Shown here: in pieces, positions 1 to 8,250 of the stretch | How the letters are laid out: each line of letters begins with the position of its first letter | Numbering within the stretch: the stretch's first letter is position 1 | Notes under the pieces: model-generated | Database searches by the model: none | The model's input: only the letters and a program-made list of their open reading frames with translations | What the model was told of the DNA's origin: nothing | Made by a program: the position numbers and the translations under genes | Sequence record: NC_054913.1 | Reading direction: 5' to 3' (one strand) | DNA from: Escherichia phage F2 | Length of the DNA stretch: 64,000 bases

Positions 1-337
1 ATCATCTGCCGGTATTAATCTTAAAGATAAGAAAGGTCACCATGCGTATGGAATGTTCCAAAATTATCTACCAACAATGAGGGCAAGAATTAACCGGCTT
101 GGTTATAATATGTCTGATGCCCAAATTAAGAAAATGCTATCTAAGCGGTCTAATTCAGCCAGATGGGCTTATATCGAATTTTCTTATTGGTTAAATATAC
201 ATAACGGGGATATAAGAAAAGCTATATCCTCATATAATGCGGGATGGAAGACGAGTGCTGGAAGTAAATATGCTTCTGAAGTCCTAGAAAAGGCTAATTA
301 CCTTAAATCAAACAAACTACTGGAAATAAAAGAATGA
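1..337 (+). CDS. lytic transglycosylase-like protein, 5'-truncated at window edge
   Basis: Reading frame open from base 2; SLT-like motifs (AYGMFQ, SYNAG); track ORF 53..337 is its 3' part. Confidence 0.5.
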   Translation, partial: SSAGINLKDKKGHHAYGMFQNYLPTMRARINRLGYNMSDAQIKKMLSKRSNSARWAYIEFSYWLNIHNGDIRKAISSYNAGWKTSAGSKYASEVLEKANYLKSNKLLEIKE

Positions 338-681
338 CCAAAATGTTGGCTTTAATAGTTGGCTTGGTTTCATTTAACGCTCTTGCTAATACTACATATA
401 CTGATGTAACGGAGTATACAAACAGAACGGCATCTGATTATTGTGGTCAAAGTCAAGAGTGTAAAGTAGATTTTTCACAAAAATTGTTATATGCGTATAA
501 AGACGGAGAAAAAGATGGGGCGTCTAGTAGGTTCAAGGCGTCTACCTTAATTAAAAGATACTATAAAAAATGGCAAATATTAGAATGCTCGGTGGCGGAA
601 CCTAAAGATAAGGCAGCATGCAATTCTATGGTGGACCGTCTAGTTGACTCTTATACTAGAGGACTTGCAGCAAGTGATTAA
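334..681 (+). CDS. hypothetical secreted protein
   Basis: ATG overlapping upstream stop (ATGA); hydrophobic N-terminal signal-peptide-like segment MTKMLALIVGLVSFNALA. Confidence 0.55.
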   Translation: MTKMLALIVGLVSFNALANTTYTDVTEYTNRTASDYCGQSQECKVDFSQKLLYAYKDGEKDGASSRFKASTLIKRYYKKWQILECSVAEPKDKAACNSMVDRLVDSYTRGLAASD

Positions 682-1141
682 AAACTATATCAAGGGCGAT
701 ATTGTCGCCCTGTTTTCTAAAGGTAATAATATTGCTCATGGGTGTAATTGTTTTCATACAATGGGCGCTGGTGTGGCAGGACAATTAGCAAAGGCTTATC
801 CAAAAATTCTAGAAGCCGATAAACTTCAAACCGAATTCGGAGACGAGTCTAAACTCGGGACTTATTCGGTTTATGAAAAATATTTTAAGACCCATAAAGC
901 TTATTGCTTTAATCTTTATACGCAGTTTGAGCCGGGACCTAATTTTGAGTACTATGCTTTAATGAATTGTATAATAGAATTAAATGAATTCGGAAAGAAT
1001 AAGATAACAAAGCCTGTAATTTATATGCCAAGAATTGGTGCAGGTATCGGTGGTGGAAACTGGGATGTCATCGAAGAGATTTTAGATACGTATTCCACTA
1101 AACTAGAAATTGTGATTGTTGATTGGGAACCGTTATTATGA
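644..1141 (+). CDS. macro domain (ADP-ribose binding/processing) protein
   Basis: Motifs HGCNCFHTMGAGVAGQL and IGAGIGGG typical of macro domains; ORF begins at TTG 644, GTG 674 is an alternative start; no ATG in frame. Confidence 0.6.
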   Translation: MTLILEDLQQVIKNYIKGDIVALFSKGNNIAHGCNCFHTMGAGVAGQLAKAYPKILEADKLQTEFGDESKLGTYSVYEKYFKTHKAYCFNLYTQFEPGPNFEYYALMNCIIELNEFGKNKITKPVIYMPRIGAGIGGGNWDVIEEILDTYSTKLEIVIVDWEPLL

Positions 1142-1350
1142 ATATACATTATCCACATCCATATGACCCAAAGAATAAGGCAGTAATTATTCGTCAATGG
1201 GAACGCATTTGTCGTACCAAATGTCCAATTAATAGTCCACATGATGTAGATAAAGACTACATCGGAACATTCGTTGAATATACCTTTATTGATAAGAAAG
1301 GTCGTAAACAACATGTAGAAGAATATTGCTTAAAGGTGACATGGCTATGA
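1138..1350 (+). CDS. hypothetical protein
   Basis: ATG overlapping upstream stop; ORF track 1123..1350. Confidence 0.5.
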   Translation: MNIHYPHPYDPKNKAVIIRQWERICRTKCPINSPHDVDKDYIGTFVEYTFIDKKGRKQHVEEYCLKVTWL

Positions 1351-1553
1351 GTCAAACAAAAATTCTTACAGGTGCTAAATGCGAAAAATGCGAATGGCCT
1401 GTAGTTTTTGCTTTATGCAATGACGAAATGGCTTGTGATTTTGATTATTGGTGTTACTGTTCGAACAAAGGTTGTAGCAATCATAAAGGTGAAGGGTTTT
1501 ACTCAGGATTTTACCCTTACCCGGATTTCGTTAAAGAAGGTGAACCTAAATGA
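1341..1553 (+). CDS. hypothetical Cys-rich protein
   Basis: ORF track 1326..1553; first ATG at 1341; multiple Cys pairs (CEKCEW, CYCSNKGC). Confidence 0.5.
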   Translation: MAMSQTKILTGAKCEKCEWPVVFALCNDEMACDFDYWCYCSNKGCSNHKGEGFYSGFYPYPDFVKEGEPK

Positions 1554-1732
1554 AATTAACTAAAGAAGAGAAAGCTAAACTGTTCGAACTTATCCATGAC
1601 CTATTGGATGAGCAAGCAGCCACCAATGCGTACGATGAATATGCTCCTTTGACGGATGAAGAATATCAAACATTGTTGGAATCATTTGACAGGAAAGAAC
1701 AAGAACTCATTGACTACGTGAATTCACTATAA
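1550..1732 (+). CDS. hypothetical acidic protein
   Basis: ORF with ATG overlapping upstream stop. Confidence 0.5.
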   Translation: MKLTKEEKAKLFELIHDLLDEQAATNAYDEYAPLTDEEYQTLLESFDRKEQELIDYVNSL

Positions 1733-1741
1733 GGGACTCTT

Positions 1742-2323
1742 ATGGCTAGTTTAATTTTTACATATGCCGCTATGAACGCTGGTAAGTCTGCTTCATTACT
1801 TACTGCCGCACATAACTATAAAGAACGTGGCATGGGTGTATTAGTTCTTAAACCGGCTATTGATACTCGCGATTCAAAAGGTGAAATAGTCTCTCGTATT
1901 GGTATTCGTCAGGAAGCCAATATAATTACAAAAGACATGGATATCTTTGAATTCTATAAATGGGCTGCAGCACAAAAGGATATTCATTGTGTATTTGTTG
2001 ACGAAGCTCAGTTCTTAACTACTGAAAAGGTGTATCAACTTAGTCGTATTGTTGACGTATACAATGTGCCGGTAATGGCATATGGACTACGAACAGATTT
2101 TAAAGGTAATCTATTTGAAGGTTCTCAAGCATTAATGGCTATTGCCGATAAGCTTGTTGAACTTAAAGGTGTCTGTCATTGTGGTAAAAAGGCCACAATG
2201 GTAGCTAGAGTCACGGAAGACGGACTTCCAATTACAGATGGCAGTCAAATTGAAATTGGTGATACCGATAGATATGTGTCATTATGCCGGAAGCATTGGA
2301 ATGATTTGACAGGGTTGTTATAA
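1742..2323 (+). CDS. tk: thymidine kinase
   Basis: P-loop NAGKSASLL, C-terminal CxCG zinc motif, 193 aa; strong resemblance to T4 Tk. Confidence 0.95.
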   Translation: MASLIFTYAAMNAGKSASLLTAAHNYKERGMGVLVLKPAIDTRDSKGEIVSRIGIRQEANIITKDMDIFEFYKWAAAQKDIHCVFVDEAQFLTTEKVYQLSRIVDVYNVPVMAYGLRTDFKGNLFEGSQALMAIADKLVELKGVCHCGKKATMVARVTEDGLPITDGSQIEIGDTDRYVSLCRKHWNDLTGLL

Positions 2324-2350
2324 ATACTAATATCTAACCAAGAGGTATAT

Positions 2351-2563
2351 ATGCAGCAATTAAACGAAAGACAACTTCGTAATCTTACTGTAACCCAATT
2401 GGATGAAATCCGAAGAGAATTAGGACATTCTATTTCTCATTTAAACGAGGATATCCGTCAAACTGGTTCTAAAGCTGATTATACACGCAAGCGCAAGCTG
2501 GAAAAATACCTCACAGATGTTAAGGCCGTCCAAAGGCGAAAAATAAATACTGGCCAAAATTAA
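2351..2563 (+). CDS. hypothetical protein
   Basis: ORF with RBS (GAGG) upstream. Confidence 0.5.
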   Translation: MQQLNERQLRNLTVTQLDEIRRELGHSISHLNEDIRQTGSKADYTRKRKLEKYLTDVKAVQRRKINTGQN

Positions 2564-2575
2564 CAGGAGGCCTAT

Positions 2576-2878
2576 ATGGCCTTAAGAGCGATAGCTGTCA
2601 TGGCGATGCTGGGGTTTTTTGCAGCAACAACTCCTATCGTTGGTACTGCGTATACCGACCCATATTTTGATAACTTTATGGAATCAGGGATTAAAAACGT
2701 ATATACTTTGTTTGAAATTCAAAATGTCGAGAATTCTGAAAAATTCTATAAGTATATGGCAAAGCATTACAAAAATAGCCCCTGTGATGATGCATTTGAA
2801 TGTCATGAACAAGGCATAAAAACTGCCAGACAATTTGCCGAGTTCATGAAAATAAAATTAGAGCCTACATCTATCTAA
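2576..2878 (+). CDS. hypothetical secreted/membrane-anchored protein
   Basis: N-terminal hydrophobic segment; RBS AGGAGG upstream. Confidence 0.55.
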   Translation: MALRAIAVMAMLGFFAATTPIVGTAYTDPYFDNFMESGIKNVYTLFEIQNVENSEKFYKYMAKHYKNSPCDDAFECHEQGIKTARQFAEFMKIKLEPTSI

Positions 2879-2884
2879 TTTACT

Positions 2885-2913
2885 AGCCCCTTCCTTACGG
2901 TTGGGGCTTTTTG
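2885..2913 (+). terminator. rho-independent terminator hairpin
   Basis: agcccc...ggggct stem followed by T-run. Confidence 0.6.
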
Positions 2914-2923
2914 GCATCTATCA

Positions 2924-2952
2924 GTTTACTTCTCCTCAGGTTGTGTTATAGT
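2924..2952 (+). promoter_or_regulatory. T4-type early promoter (GTTTAC-N17-TATAGT)
   Basis: -35 gtttac 2924-2929, -10 tatagt 2947-2952. Confidence 0.55.
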
Positions 2953-2979
2953 AGTCCTTACTTACTAGAGGAGAACGTT

Positions 2980-3159
2980 ATGTCACGTAAAGAAAAAATT
3001 TCTAAGTTAATGTTTTTGATTGAAGAGTACGCTAATGCGGTATCTGATTGGGAAAATGCTCATGGTTGCGAAGATGGAGACATCGACATTAACAGAGCTA
3101 TGAAAAAGATGGCTGATACGCACACCGAATTGCAAATGTACGTTAACGAGATTATGTGA
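2980..3159 (+). CDS. hypothetical protein
   Basis: ATG preceded by GAGGAG RBS; ORF track 2911..3159. Confidence 0.5.
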   Translation: MSRKEKISKLMFLIEEYANAVSDWENAHGCEDGDIDINRAMKKMADTHTELQMYVNEIM

Positions 3160-3166
3160 GGACATT

Positions 3167-3373
3167 ATGCTTTACGATTATACTGGAAAATCTGAAGACG
3201 GTGTACTTGAACTTTTACCTGAAAGCGCTGAAGATGATGATATGGTGATGATGTTTTGTAAAAATGGTCCTGGGGATAAGGGATGGATTTATCTTCGCCA
3301 AGAAAATGACTTAATTGTTTTAGACCCTAAACAAGTTGAAGAACTTTATCAACATTTAAAACACAATCGGTAG
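3167..3373 (+). CDS. hypothetical protein
   Basis: ORF, RBS GAGGA upstream. Confidence 0.5.
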   Translation: MLYDYTGKSEDGVLELLPESAEDDDMVMMFCKNGPGDKGWIYLRQENDLIVLDPKQVEELYQHLKHNR

Positions 3374-3402
3374 TTTACGTCTTGGTAGGACTATGTTATA
3401 GT
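3373..3402 (+). promoter_or_regulatory. T4-type early promoter
   Basis: gtttac 3373-3378, tatagt 3397-3402; embedded in perfect 12-bp inverted repeat 3382-3413. Confidence 0.55.
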
Positions 3403-3430
3403 AGTCCTACCAAAACAAATGGAGAACAAA

Positions 3431-3541
3431 ATGAAACTTTTGCTTATCGCTTATGTTGTAGTACAATACAATTATCCGATGTTTACTTATAACATGGTAA
3501 ACGGCATAGTGAATCTTATTGAAACGAGTATGGTAAAATGA
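3431..3541 (+). CDS. small hypothetical protein (36 aa)
   Basis: ATG with GGAGAA RBS; below ORF-track size cutoff. Confidence 0.3.
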   Translation: MKLLLIAYVVVQYNYPMFTYNMVNGIVNLIETSMVK

Positions 3542-3717
3542 CCCGTGAACAAGCTAATAAATTGATGGACCTTATCCGTGACTTACGTGAAGCCGATTCA
3601 GATTTGAATGATGTAGCTTATCATGCTGTAAATGATAACGGAGACTTTTATGAAAATCAGGTTGATGCTTGCCAGAATGCTTTGGTGAATTTTGTCGAAA
3701 CTTTAATTGGTGAATAA
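3538..3717 (+). CDS. small hypothetical protein (59 aa)
   Basis: ATG overlapping upstream stop (ATGA); tightly packed between neighbours. Confidence 0.4.
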   Translation: MTREQANKLMDLIRDLREADSDLNDVAYHAVNDNGDFYENQVDACQNALVNFVETLIGE

Positions 3718-3718
3718 T

Positions 3719-4249
3719 ATGAAAACTGTAATTGAAACAACCGAGTTGTTTGGTGATTTATGTATCGAAAAACGTGGTTATGTGTATGTTCTGACACAAG
3801 AAGATGATGCTGCTACTATTCTTCCTATGGAACTAGACAAGATTTTGAAACTCAATCCACCAGGTCATGCATCTGTAATTAACATTAACGAAGACCTTCA
3901 AGTTCGTTTTTATCATGGACTTTATAGTGGGGTTAATATCGAAACCGAAGACGAATGTTTTTCTATTAATAATTGGAAAACATTCGTCACTAAGGTGAAA
4001 GAATTAATGGAATCTGAAACAGCCAAAAAGGCCAAACTTCAATGGGCTAAATGCCGTAATGCTTTTATTACAAATCAGGACCGCCCTGACTATACAACAG
4101 TCCTAGGCGTTAATCCTTCTTATGAAGATGGTGATGTCGTAGTTATTCGTCAAATTGATGACCTTCGTCAACATATCATTACATTGGACAAAGATGAAGC
4201 AGTTGCTCTTAAAGCTTATCTTGATTCTATTATCCCGACTTTGAAATAA
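3719..4249 (+). CDS. hypothetical protein
   Basis: ORF track 3707..4249; ATG at 3719. Confidence 0.55.
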   Translation: MKTVIETTELFGDLCIEKRGYVYVLTQEDDAATILPMELDKILKLNPPGHASVININEDLQVRFYHGLYSGVNIETEDECFSINNWKTFVTKVKELMESETAKKAKLQWAKCRNAFITNQDRPDYTTVLGVNPSYEDGDVVVIRQIDDLRQHIITLDKDEAVALKAYLDSIIPTLK

Positions 4250-4258
4250 GGAATTATT

Positions 4259-4732
4259 ATGATTATCAATGAAAACTCTTGGCACTTTAAAATTTATGCC
4301 GCGTTCAATAATACATGGAATCGCCCTAAAACGTTGTGTGCTTATTTTTGGAAAACGTTAATCCCGGTATTATCTGTTTCAATTATTGGATTTGCGATTT
4401 TAGCAGCAGTAACAATCATTGGCCAGGAAATTTTAACTAGATTCTTTGTTTTTAGCAGTCTATGGACATTAGTTCCAGCCTCAATTGGCGTAGGCATTTT
4501 AATGGTATCAGTCATGGCTTTTATTTCTGCCGGGTTGATAATTGGTCCGTCTTGGTTGTTAGACAAATATAACGACAGAAAATATTATAAAGAAATTGAG
4601 CTCATTGCGCAAAACCAAGAACGAATTAAAAATGGACTTGAACCTATTGAACGTAAGAAATCATTAATAGGTGAATACCTTAAAGCTCGTAAAGAAAAAA
4701 TCTGTCCTACTCTTGAATATAAGGCTAAATGA
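4259..4732 (+). CDS. hypothetical membrane protein
   Basis: Two long hydrophobic segments. Confidence 0.55.
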   Translation: MIINENSWHFKIYAAFNNTWNRPKTLCAYFWKTLIPVLSVSIIGFAILAAVTIIGQEILTRFFVFSSLWTLVPASIGVGILMVSVMAFISAGLIIGPSWLLDKYNDRKYYKEIELIAQNQERIKNGLEPIERKKSLIGEYLKARKEKICPTLEYKAK

Positions 4733-5742
4733 TGAAAACAATTATGAAAGGCTACTTTGGTAGCCACCTTTATGGAACTTCTACTCCAGAATCTGATGTA
4801 GATTTTAAAGAAATCTTTGTTCCTCCTGCTCGCGATATTCTTATCGGAAATGTTAAAGAGCATATGAGTAAAAACACTAACAACACATCATCTAAAAACA
4901 CCAAAGATGATATTGACCATGAACTGTACAGTCTTAAGTATTTCTTTAAATTAGCAGCAGATGGTGAAACTGTAGCATTGGATATGCTTCACACTCCGCC
5001 TGAACTAGTGGTTAAATCTGATTTGCCTGATGTATGGAAATTTATCCAAGACAATCGTTCACGGTTTTATACAACTAACATGAAATCCTATTTAGGATAT
5101 GTCCGCAAGCAAGCTTCTAAATACGGTGTCAAGGGTTCTCGTTTGGCCGCATTACGTGATGTATTGAAAGTAGTTAATCAAATCCCTGACCAGTGGGTCG
5201 ACTATCAAGAAGGAATCCCTGATAGACTTCGTCGTACTAAGGTAGAAGATATCAAACACAGACTCCCTGAAAACGAGTTCTGTGAATGGGTATTCCATAA
5301 CCATGAGAAAACAGGCCCGCAAACGTTCTATACCGTGTTGGGTCGTAAATATCAGACAACACTTTCTCTTATTGAGCTTAAGCAGTCTTTGAATAAACTT
5401 GATGCTGAATATGGCGAACGTGCTCGTAAGGCTGAAGCGAATGAGGGCATTGACTGGAAAGCTCTAAGTCATGCTTGTCGTGGTGGACTCCAACTATTGG
5501 AAATTTACAAAACTGGTGACTTGGTTTATCCACTTCAAGACGCTCCATTTATTCTCGACGTGAAGCTGGGTAAACACCCATTTAAAACTGTTCAAGAGTT
5601 TTTGGAAGGTGTGGTCGATCAAGTAGAAGCAGCATCCATTGAAGCTTCTAAGAACGGTATGCAGCAAAAAGTAGACATGGGTTTTTGGGATGACTTCCTT
5701 GAACAAGTCTATCTCGAAAATCATAATTCTTACTATAAATAA
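4729..5742 (+). CDS. nucleotidyltransferase (Pol-beta superfamily fold)
   Basis: GS-x9-DVDF motif (GSHLYGTSTPESDVDF) at N-terminus; 337 aa. Confidence 0.65.
   Translation: MMKTIMKGYFGSHLYGTSTPESDVDFKEIFVPPARDILIGNVKEHMSKNTNNTSSKNTKDDIDHELYSLKYFFKLAADGETVALDMLHTPPELVVKSDLPDVWKFIQDNRSRFYTTNMKSYLGYVRKQASKYGVKGSRLAALRDVLKVVNQIPDQWVDYQEGIPDRLRRTKVEDIKHRLPENEFCEWVFHNHEKTGPQTFYTVLGRKYQTTLSLIELKQSLNKLDAEYGERARKAEANEGIDWKALSHACRGGLQLLEIYKTGDLVYPLQDAPFILDVKLGKHPFKTVQEFLEGVVDQVEAASIEASKNGMQQKVDMGFWDDFLEQVYLENHNSYYK
5734..5741 (+). promoter_or_regulatory. T4-type late promoter TATAAATA
   Basis: Exact TATAAATA upstream of 5774 ORF. Confidence 0.4.
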
Positions 5743-5773
5743 GTAGATAAATAACCATTAACTTGAGGTAAAT

Positions 5774-6055
5774 ATGAAAAAATTAGTAATTGGTTTATTC
5801 ACAGTAATGATGGCATTCTCTGTTGGTGCTACCACGGGTGCTGCTGGCGGTAGTGCAGGAGCTGGTGGTAACCAGTCTTCTGGGCCTTCTAATGGTTCGG
5901 TAAATGCATCACATTCTCAGGGTATTGAGAACATTAAATCAAGCTATATTAATAGCACGGCCGGACAAGCAACTGAAGCATGGTCAAAGGGACGAGTAGT
6001 TACTCGCTCCGTATTCTGTGATATGCCTAATTATGTTGCTAAGTGCGATAAGTAA
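5774..6055 (+). CDS. hypothetical secreted Gly/Ser-rich protein
   Basis: Signal peptide MKKLVIGLFTVMMAFSVGA followed by Gly-rich low-complexity region. Confidence 0.55.
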   Translation: MKKLVIGLFTVMMAFSVGATTGAAGGSAGAGGNQSSGPSNGSVNASHSQGIENIKSSYINSTAGQATEAWSKGRVVTRSVFCDMPNYVAKCDK

Positions 6056-6058
6056 ATG

Positions 6059-6080
6059 TGGGGACCTTCGGGTCCCTTTA
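6059..6080 (+). terminator. terminator hairpin (UUCG tetraloop)
   Basis: gggaccttcgggtccc followed by T-rich tract. Confidence 0.5.
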
Positions 6081-6107
6081 GGGGGTTAAAATATTTTTAA
6101 AAAAGTA

Positions 6108-6136
6108 GTGTACATGCTTTTAGGATATGTTATTAT
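6108..6136 (+). promoter_or_regulatory. T4-type early promoter
   Basis: gtgtac 6108-6113, tattat 6131-6136. Confidence 0.5.
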
Positions 6137-6174
6137 AGACCTATCGAAACGAAATGAGTAAATTGGAGAATAAA

Positions 6175-7155
6175 ATGTTCAACGTTCAAATCAAAAAAGG
6201 TATCTATCGTAATAACGAAATCTCTGGTTCTTATGTTGCCACAAAGACCTGGTTCCCGGCAAAGCTTAATCCTGAATGTTCCCACTTAGGTGATGGTAAA
6301 ATCTTCGTTATGATTGACGGTTCTGAACGTGGAGTATGGGTCTTCAAATCAGACATCGTAATGGAAGGAGTTGAGACATCACCAGTTGCAGTCGTTGAAA
6401 GCACTGAAGATATGAAAACTCGTATCAACAAACGCTTTAAAGTAATGAACATGATGACGAATGGCATTATCGATGGTAAAATTCGTTCACTCATTATTTC
6501 AGGTGCAGCTGGTATTGGTAAGACGTATTCTCTGGATAAAGCACTTAATAACGCTAATGATAATGGTTTCATCAAATACAAAAGCATTAATGGTAAAATC
6601 TCTGGTATCGGCCTTTACGAACAACTTTGGCTCAACCGTGATGCAGACAGCGTTCTCTTAATCGACGACGTTGACGTATTCTCAGATATGGACATCTTGA
6701 ACCTTCTTAAAGCAGCATTAGATACTGGAGATAAACGCAAAGTTTGTTGGAGCACTGCGTCATCTTATCTCGATGATAAGGGTATTGATAAAGAATTTGA
6801 GTTTGAAGGTACTATCGTTTTCATTACAAACGTTGATATCGATAAAGAGTTAGAACGCGGTTCGAAACTTGCCCCACACCTTCAAGCTTTAGTATCTCGT
6901 TCAGTGTATCTCGACCTTGGAGTACACTCTAATGAAGAGATTATGGTTCGAGTTGAAGATGTAATATTATCTACTGACATGATGCAGAAACGTGGTCTGA
7001 CGGATGCAGAAACGTATAAAGCATTGTCCTGGATGAAGGCTAACGTATCTCGTCTTCGCAATGTATCATTACGTACGGCTCTTTACGTAGCAGATTTTAT
7101 TTCAACTGATAAAGATGGTTGGGAAGAAATCTCGGAAGTTACTTTATTGAAATAA
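6175..7155 (+). CDS. P-loop NTPase (AAA-like ATPase)
   Basis: Walker A GAAGIGKT, Walker B LLIDDVD; ORF track 6154..7155, ATG 6175 has GGAG RBS. Confidence 0.65.
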   Translation: MFNVQIKKGIYRNNEISGSYVATKTWFPAKLNPECSHLGDGKIFVMIDGSERGVWVFKSDIVMEGVETSPVAVVESTEDMKTRINKRFKVMNMMTNGIIDGKIRSLIISGAAGIGKTYSLDKALNNANDNGFIKYKSINGKISGIGLYEQLWLNRDADSVLLIDDVDVFSDMDILNLLKAALDTGDKRKVCWSTASSYLDDKGIDKEFEFEGTIVFITNVDIDKELERGSKLAPHLQALVSRSVYLDLGVHSNEEIMVRVEDVILSTDMMQKRGLTDAETYKALSWMKANVSRLRNVSLRTALYVADFISTDKDGWEEISEVTLLK

Positions 7156-7293
7156 GCTTATAGGAAGTTCTGAGGTAACAAAAGCCATAAAGATGAATAA
7201 TCATATGGCTTACCTCAAAGAAGGACACCAGGAACCTACTGAGGGCATAGAAATATTTAAAAATAATGATGTACAAATCAAAGAGGATATGTT

Positions 7294-7581
7294 ATGGATT
7301 TTATGCAAAAAATTAAAGCCGCAGTAGAACTCTATGCTCATCGTATGGTTAGTTCTACAATGCAATATAGCGAGGAGGTTCGCCAGGACTCTTCCTTGAA
7401 AGGAAAAACTAAAGCCTTAATTACCTTAGATCGTTTGCAAAAGAATGCCATAGAGATGCTCCAGTACGACAAGGCTGTATATAAGAAAGAACAGGAAGAG
7501 AAACTTAAATCTGAAAAATTACAGAAAGTCCCGAAGTCTGTTTGGTTCAGTGGAAAAAATACCGAAAAAAGTTTCTTTTAG
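7294..7581 (+). CDS. hypothetical protein
   Basis: ORF with AGAGGA RBS. Confidence 0.5.
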   Translation: MDFMQKIKAAVELYAHRMVSSTMQYSEEVRQDSSLKGKTKALITLDRLQKNAIEMLQYDKAVYKKEQEEKLKSEKLQKVPKSVWFSGKNTEKSFF

Positions 7582-7583
7582 TT

Positions 7584-7612
7584 GTTTACAAGGTCTATGG
7601 TTATGTTATTAT
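7584..7612 (+). promoter_or_regulatory. T4-type early promoter
   Basis: gtttac 7584-7589, tattat 7607-7612. Confidence 0.6.
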
Positions 7613-7639
7613 AGACCTATCAACTACTGGAGGTAAAAC

Positions 7640-8188
7640 ATGAACGCTAAAGATATTTTCAACCTGGTAAATTATAACGACGGTAAATTTAAATCTGAAG
7701 CACAAAGCAAGTTCTTTAATGACATTGCTTATGGTAACGAGATTACCGTGGACGGAGGTCAGATTTTCAAATCTCGCTGGAATTGGATTGCTATCATCGA
7801 TTCAGTTGGAATTGTGGAAGTCTACAAAAACACTAACAAAAAACGTACATTATTCTGGTCTCGTGAAACTAACGAGCAGTACAAAAAGGATAAAGCATCT
7901 CGTTTATCCAAAGTAACCCAGGAAGATATCGAGTTTATCAAGAAAGATATCGAGTTTATCAAGAAAGATATCGAGATGTACGAAAATTTAATCGCTGAAG
8001 ACCAGGCAGTACTCGATAAGTTTGATGAAATTAAAGCTTCTCGTGAAATCCCTGACTTCATGAAAGAAACAGTAAACGAACGATACGCTCTCACTTCAGA
8101 ACGTATTGCAAACTATACAAAACAGAAAGCAGAACGTATTAGTACTCTTCGGAAATTTGAAGAACGTTTAAAGACGGTTCACGCATAA
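7640..8188 (+). CDS. hypothetical protein with internal tandem repeat
   Basis: ORF with GGAGG RBS; contains in-frame 21-bp tandem repeat. Confidence 0.55.
   Translation: MNAKDIFNLVNYNDGKFKSEAQSKFFNDIAYGNEITVDGGQIFKSRWNWIAIIDSVGIVEVYKNTNKKRTLFWSRETNEQYKKDKASRLSKVTQEDIEFIKKDIEFIKKDIEMYENLIAEDQAVLDKFDEIKASREIPDFMKETVNERYALTSERIANYTKQKAERISTLRKFEERLKTVHA
7925..7975 (+). repeat. 21-bp direct tandem repeat (about 2.4 copies) inside CDS
   Basis: gatatcgagtttatcaagaaa repeated, encoding DIEFIKK. Confidence 0.9.
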
Positions 8189-8190
8189 AC

Positions 8191-8215
8191 GCTTTACCCA
8201 AGGACGGGTTATAAT
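8191..8215 (+). promoter_or_regulatory. T4-type middle promoter (MotA box + -10)
   Basis: cGCTTTA 12-13 bp upstream of TATAAT 8210-8215. Confidence 0.45.
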
Positions 8216-8250
8216 GGTTTTGAGTTCCAATTCAATCTGAGGAAATAGTT

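Noticed and set aside
2619-2819. Alternative-frame + strand ORF inside 2576..2878
   Set aside because: Fully nested in another frame of a gene with a better start context
7925-7975. Possible CRISPR-like array
   Set aside because: Only about 2.4 copies of a 21-bp unit with no spacers, in frame inside a coding sequence; a coding tandem repeat
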